In this document: positions 7,581 through 10,568 of the stretch, in pieces
How positions within the stretch are numbered: the first letter of the stretch is position 1
Layout: every line of letters begins with the position of its first letter
Assembly (NCBI GenBank): GCA_038888155.1
Contig: JAWAJB010000037.1
Coordinates: 1-10,568, forward strand
Source: Desulfurococcaceae archaeon
GTDB lineage: Archaea; Thermoproteota; Thermoprotei_A; Sulfolobales; Desulfurococcaceae
DNA length: 10,568 nt
Direction: 5' to 3'
Made by a program: the position numbers and the translations under genes
Notes under the pieces: model-generated
The model's input: only the letters and a program-made list of their open reading frames with translations
What the model was told of the DNA's origin: nothing
Databases searched by the model: none

Positions 7581-8525
7581 TTAAAGATACTTCTTTGCAA
7601 CAGCTTCCAGCAAATCTCTTATGGGTGTAAACGGATCTCTCCTAAAATGCTTAAGAATTTTTCTTTTCATTTTAAGATCTTTTAATAGATCTTCCTTTAT
7701 TTTGGCTTTCTCCTTGTCTTTGGGGGTGGAGTGGACAATGGCTCCTCTCAAATCATCATGCTTACACTTTTCACTTTCCCACGCCCATACTTCTTTATTC
7801 TTTTTCTCGTCCCAGACTCGTAAGAACTCCAGTGTTCCAGTTGCAAGAGTGACATAAGCTTGCTCATACTCACCCCTTTCTATATAGTTTAAGAATTCAT
7901 TGAACCTAAATCTAACAAACTCTATTTCTTCTTCACTTGTTCTGTCACTCTTTTTGAGGATTTCCTCAATGAAGTCTGCAGGTTTTTTAATGTCTTTAAA
8001 CCTCAACAAAACCTCTAGTAATGTTGTTCTATTCATGGCGGCGCAAACATATCTCAACATAAATAACATTATAAAGGTTCCAGCTATCCCAATAAGGTGC
8101 TCTCGTAATTGGGTAAAGCCGAAGCCAGCCAACAGCACAATAACTGTGAGAAAAATAGCTGGAAATAAAAGATCAAGTGAAATGATGTATCGGGAAAAGA
8201 TCCACTTAATATCATCTACGAATAGGAGAGTGGATAATGTGAGGGGAATAGCTACTACGGGAATATAAGCATATGCAGAAAACTGAACAAATAAGGCTAT
8301 AAAGAAAACTCCGGCAAGCAGAAAGAAGATGAAACGCCATTTAAACTCGGACTTAAACCACATTTTTGGCAAGCTAAATAGTGATACGCAAGCCATCGCT
8401 AAGGAACAGTAAACATTAAACGTAACCATTAAACAGGTGAAGGATAGAATGACAAAAAATGTAAACGAGAACCAATCCGCGATCTTGCTAATATGATCCT
8501 CAATAGAAAATACCCTAATATCCAT
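7581..8525 (-). CDS. Multi-pass membrane protein with a C-terminal HEPN-like domain
   Basis: About 5-6 hydrophobic segments in the N-terminal ~165 aa. The soluble helical C-terminus has GEYEQAYVTLATGTLEFL and an RxxxxH motif (RGAIVH, 7731-7748). Intact 314 aa. The CDS is well supported; the HEPN call is tentative. Confidence 0.75.
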   Translation of the reverse strand: MDIRVFSIEDHISKIADWFSFTFFVILSFTCLMVTFNVYCSLAMACVSLFSLPKMWFKSEFKWRFIFFLLAGVFFIALFVQFSAYAYIPVVAIPLTLSTLLFVDDIKWIFSRYIISLDLLFPAIFLTVIVLLAGFGFTQLREHLIGIAGTFIMLFMLRYVCAAMNRTTLLEVLLRFKDIKKPADFIEEILKKSDRTSEEEIEFVRFRFNEFLNYIERGEYEQAYVTLATGTLEFLRVWDEKKNKEVWAWESEKCKHDDLRGAIVHSTPKDKEKAKIKEDLLKDLKMKRKILKHFRRDPFTPIRDLLEAVAKKYL

Positions 8526-8553
8526 AAAGCCATAACCATAAACTTAGTGGATT

Positions 8554-8574
8554 TTAAAGTTATATAAACTTTAA
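8554..8574 (-). promoter_or_regulatory. BRE/TATA promoter of the membrane-HEPN gene inside a perfect 8-bp inverted repeat
   Basis: TTAAAGTT-ATATA-AACTTTAA. The minus strand reads AAAG-TTTATATA, ~36 nt upstream of the ATG at 8525. Confidence 0.6.
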
Positions 8575-8799
8575 CTAATTATTTAAGTATTAATGATGGA
8601 TGGTCGGAGTGGATAAGTTTAACATCAAAGAATTGAGATTCCTAATAAGCATTCCATTATATGCGAAGACCCACTCCATATTAAAGGCTTCTCGTCGTTT
8701 TCACCTCAATTATATCAATATCGCTGACGAATTCCTGAAGCTCATTGTCAATAAACTCATTAAAGGGATCAATGTACGAAGCTTTTACTTCTTCGATGC

Positions 8800-9483
8800 T
8801 TAGCGGTTATCCCTTTTCAAGACCTTCTCAGATAAAGATAGAAGGCTGCCAAGCATGAAACTTAAGGCGTGTCCAGGAACATGGACCCTTTTTCCACTCT
8901 GCATAAATGGTTGATAGAGAAAACTAATCATAATGAGGAGGAAGAGCGTGAAAAACACCAATGAAAATGCCAATAGTGATGTCAAGGATACCTTCTTCAT
9001 TGTTGTTGAGGTTAAGCTTACAGAGTTGGATATCAAATAGATGGAGTAACCAAAAAGACAGTATACCGATATTGAGAAGCCGCAAATAGTGAGGCTTCAT
9101 AGAATGACGACGATTGTATAAATAGATATAAAAATGGGGCCATGATTAAAATGACAAAATACATGAGTAGAAAGCACTTTCTGCTACCTTCAAGTAGCAT
9201 TGTTAGAAATGCAAAAAAGAAGATAAAAGATGATATTACCAAGTAAATGATCCAGCTCAAAATGTATGTATTTTGCAGTAAGCAATGGCCATGGTGTAAT
9301 GTTCTTTGGATGAAGGGCTAAAAGACTCTTGATATCGCTGGGAAGCCGGAAAATACTTAACAGAACCAGAGGAACCACCAACATCATTAGTAAAGAGTCC
9401 TTTCTCTTAAAGGACAAGAAATTTTCCTTAGGTCTTTGTAAAATAACATTAAGCTTTGGCGTTTTATCCATAATGCTAGCCAT
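8800..9483 (-). pseudogene. Rhomboid-family intramembrane serine protease, frameshifted
   Basis: Three track ORFs join into one gene. PWPLLTAKYIHFELDHLLGN is the L1/TM2 H..HxxxN motif. Shifts at ~9215 (T6 run) and ~9095 lead to ICGFSISVY (catalytic GxS, Ser codon 9073-9075), in frame with VHVPGHALSFMLG (catalytic His codon 8869-8871). Confidence 0.78.
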
Positions 9484-9559
9484 ACATTGGAAGTTTCTTA
9501 TCATTTGCACTCTTCCGCTTTTCGTCAACGAAGTATATTTCTACGTCGTCCAGCCACAG

Positions 9560-10297
9560 CTCATACTCAGAGCAGCCTAGCTTCTCCCTAAGAAACTCTA
9601 GGCTCATTATGTCGCCAACCTTAAGCGCCTTTATAACCTCATCCCTAACTGCCTGGAGCTTGGACGCGCTGAATTATCGGCGTAGACTTCTTGGCGAAGA
9701 TCTTCTCAGTCCTCTCAAAGGCTTCTGGTATGGCTTGTTCCTTAAGGTTTAGATGGGTCGATCCAGGTGATAATGTAGCCCTCCCTAAAAGGCGACTCGC
9801 GTCCCTCACTCCTATAACCCCTAATGTAGACCAGGCCCCTACGCTCAAGTCTTCTAACATTAGACATGACGTCCGGCGGCCTAACCCCCTATCAGCGAGA
9901 AGATCCGCAATCTCACGCGCAAAGAAGGCCTTATCACGATCCTCCTCAAGAAACCTGTAAATTATCTGCGCCTTACTCTCAGTCCTACCATTAGCCCGGG
10001 AGGCAGTAAACCCAACAAACCTAATACTGTTAACTATAGCTTCGCCACAACCCTTAGGCGCAACAACATACAGAAAATATTTCCTAAGGTTTCTCGACGC
10101 CCCAGCCCTACCCTTAAACATCTGCTCAGACTCCATGGACGGCTTCTCAGACCGTAAGACTAGGCTCCCCCTCCAAAGCCTATATAAGCAGCCCTCAAGC
10201 CCAAACCAGTAGAGACGACAATATCCCTATAAGACCGCGGAACACCATCAGAGAGAACCCTCAAAACAGCCTCAACAGTCCGACCAACCAAACCCAA
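9560..10297 (-). pseudogene. Multi winged-helix protein, frameshifted and 3'-truncated
   Basis: Reconstruction across frames: TVEAVLRVLSDGVPRSYRDIVVSTGLG / YRLWRGSLVLRSEKPSMESEQMFKGRAG...SKAQIIYRFLEEDRDKAFFAREIADLL / GVRPPDVMSNVRRLERRGLVYIRGY...EGYIITWIDP / KEQAIPEAFERT / AVRDEVIKALKVGDIMSLEFLREKLGCSEYE. Shifts at ~10180, ~9887, ~9742 and ~9660. TTG start candidate at 10297. Confidence 0.7.
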
Positions 10298-10326
10298 ACA
10301 TCAACAATAAAATAGTGTTGGCCAAA

Positions 10327-10335
10327 TATTTAAAA
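10327..10335 (-). promoter_or_regulatory. TATA box for the wHTH pseudogene (near-leaderless)
   Basis: Minus strand TTTTAAATA, ~30 nt upstream of the TTG at 10297. Confidence 0.45.
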
Positions 10336-10441
10336 GCGTGGGGTTCAAACCGAAAAGAAAAATAGAAACTCACACAAAAACAAAGCAAGAATTAAGCTCG
10401 TTTCTTCCCGAAAACAGCCAAAATGAAATGAGTAAAAGATA

Positions 10442-10518
10442 TGGTGCCGGGGGTGGGATTTGAACCCACGGCGGTCCGGTCTTCAGCCGGATGCTCTCCC
10501 AGTCTGAGCTACCCCGGC
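10442..10518 (-). tRNA. tRNA-Phe: tRNA-Phe (anticodon GAA), intronless, CCA encoded
   Basis: The reverse complement folds fully: GCCGGGG TA GCTC AGACTGGGA GAGC A TCCGG CT-GAA-GA CCGGA CCGCC GTGGG TTCAAAT CCCAC CCCCGGC A CCA (77 nt). Confidence 0.98.
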
Positions 10519-10535
10519 TAAAATTATTATCGGAG

Positions 10536-10558
10536 TATTTAATTTATTTACTTTTCTC
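10536..10558 (-). promoter_or_regulatory. Probable tRNA promoter (purine-rich BRE plus TATA-like box)
   Basis: Minus strand GAGAAAAG-TAAATAAA-TTAAATA, 18-40 nt upstream of the mature 5' end. Confidence 0.5.
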
Positions 10559-10568
10559 TCTTACAACT

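Larger units (their letters stand above)
1013..10441. mobile_element. Degenerate genomic (defence-like) island downstream of tRNA-Phe
   Basis: Lies off the 3' end of a tRNA gene and is a mosaic of nuclease, helicase and HEPN-like genes, truncated fragments and pseudogenes. No integrase or att duplication was found, so the boundaries are approximate. Confidence 0.6.

Noticed and set aside
5259-9960. Plus-strand ORFs at 5259, 7621, 7900, 8600, 9329 and 9691
   Set aside because: Antisense to better-supported minus-strand genes or remnants, with the Ser/Leu/Ile-rich composition typical of shadow frames.
10338-10351. GTGGGGTTCAAACC resembling the tRNA T-arm
   Set aside because: Inverted relative to the tRNA with only 9 exact bases (GGGTTCAAA). 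Not a direct att repeat and plausibly chance.
1-10568. CRISPR array, IS element or integrase
   Set aside because: No regularly spaced repeats, terminal inverted repeats, or transposase or tyrosine recombinase motifs were seen.

Overview
Archaeal-looking window (GGTGA/GGAGG Shine-Dalgarno sites, BRE/TATA-type promoters, archaeal-type peroxiredoxin and tRNA). The left end holds the 3' end of a small CxxC (DUF5679-like) gene and an intact Prx6-type peroxiredoxin. The right end holds tRNA-Phe(GAA) on the minus strand. Between them (~1013-10441, downstream of the tRNA 3' end) is a decaying accessory, probably defence, island. It contains a multiply frameshifted SF2 DEAD/DEAH helicase (Hrq1/MrfA/DUF1998-like) followed by or fused to an AlwI-type nuclease domain. 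Three island genes are clearly intact: a small PD-(D/E)XK nuclease, a class II glutamine amidotransferase with a C-terminal winged helix, and a multi-pass membrane protein with a HEPN-like RxxxxH domain. Remnants that the ORF track misses or garbles are a second PD-(D/E)XK nuclease, an RNase J/beta-CASP C-terminus, a rhomboid protease and a multi-wHTH protein. Most notable is a second, diverged copy of the helicase-nuclease module collapsed by a ~2.75 kb internal deletion. No integrase or att repeat is visible. All family assignments come from motifs recognised by eye; no searches were run.
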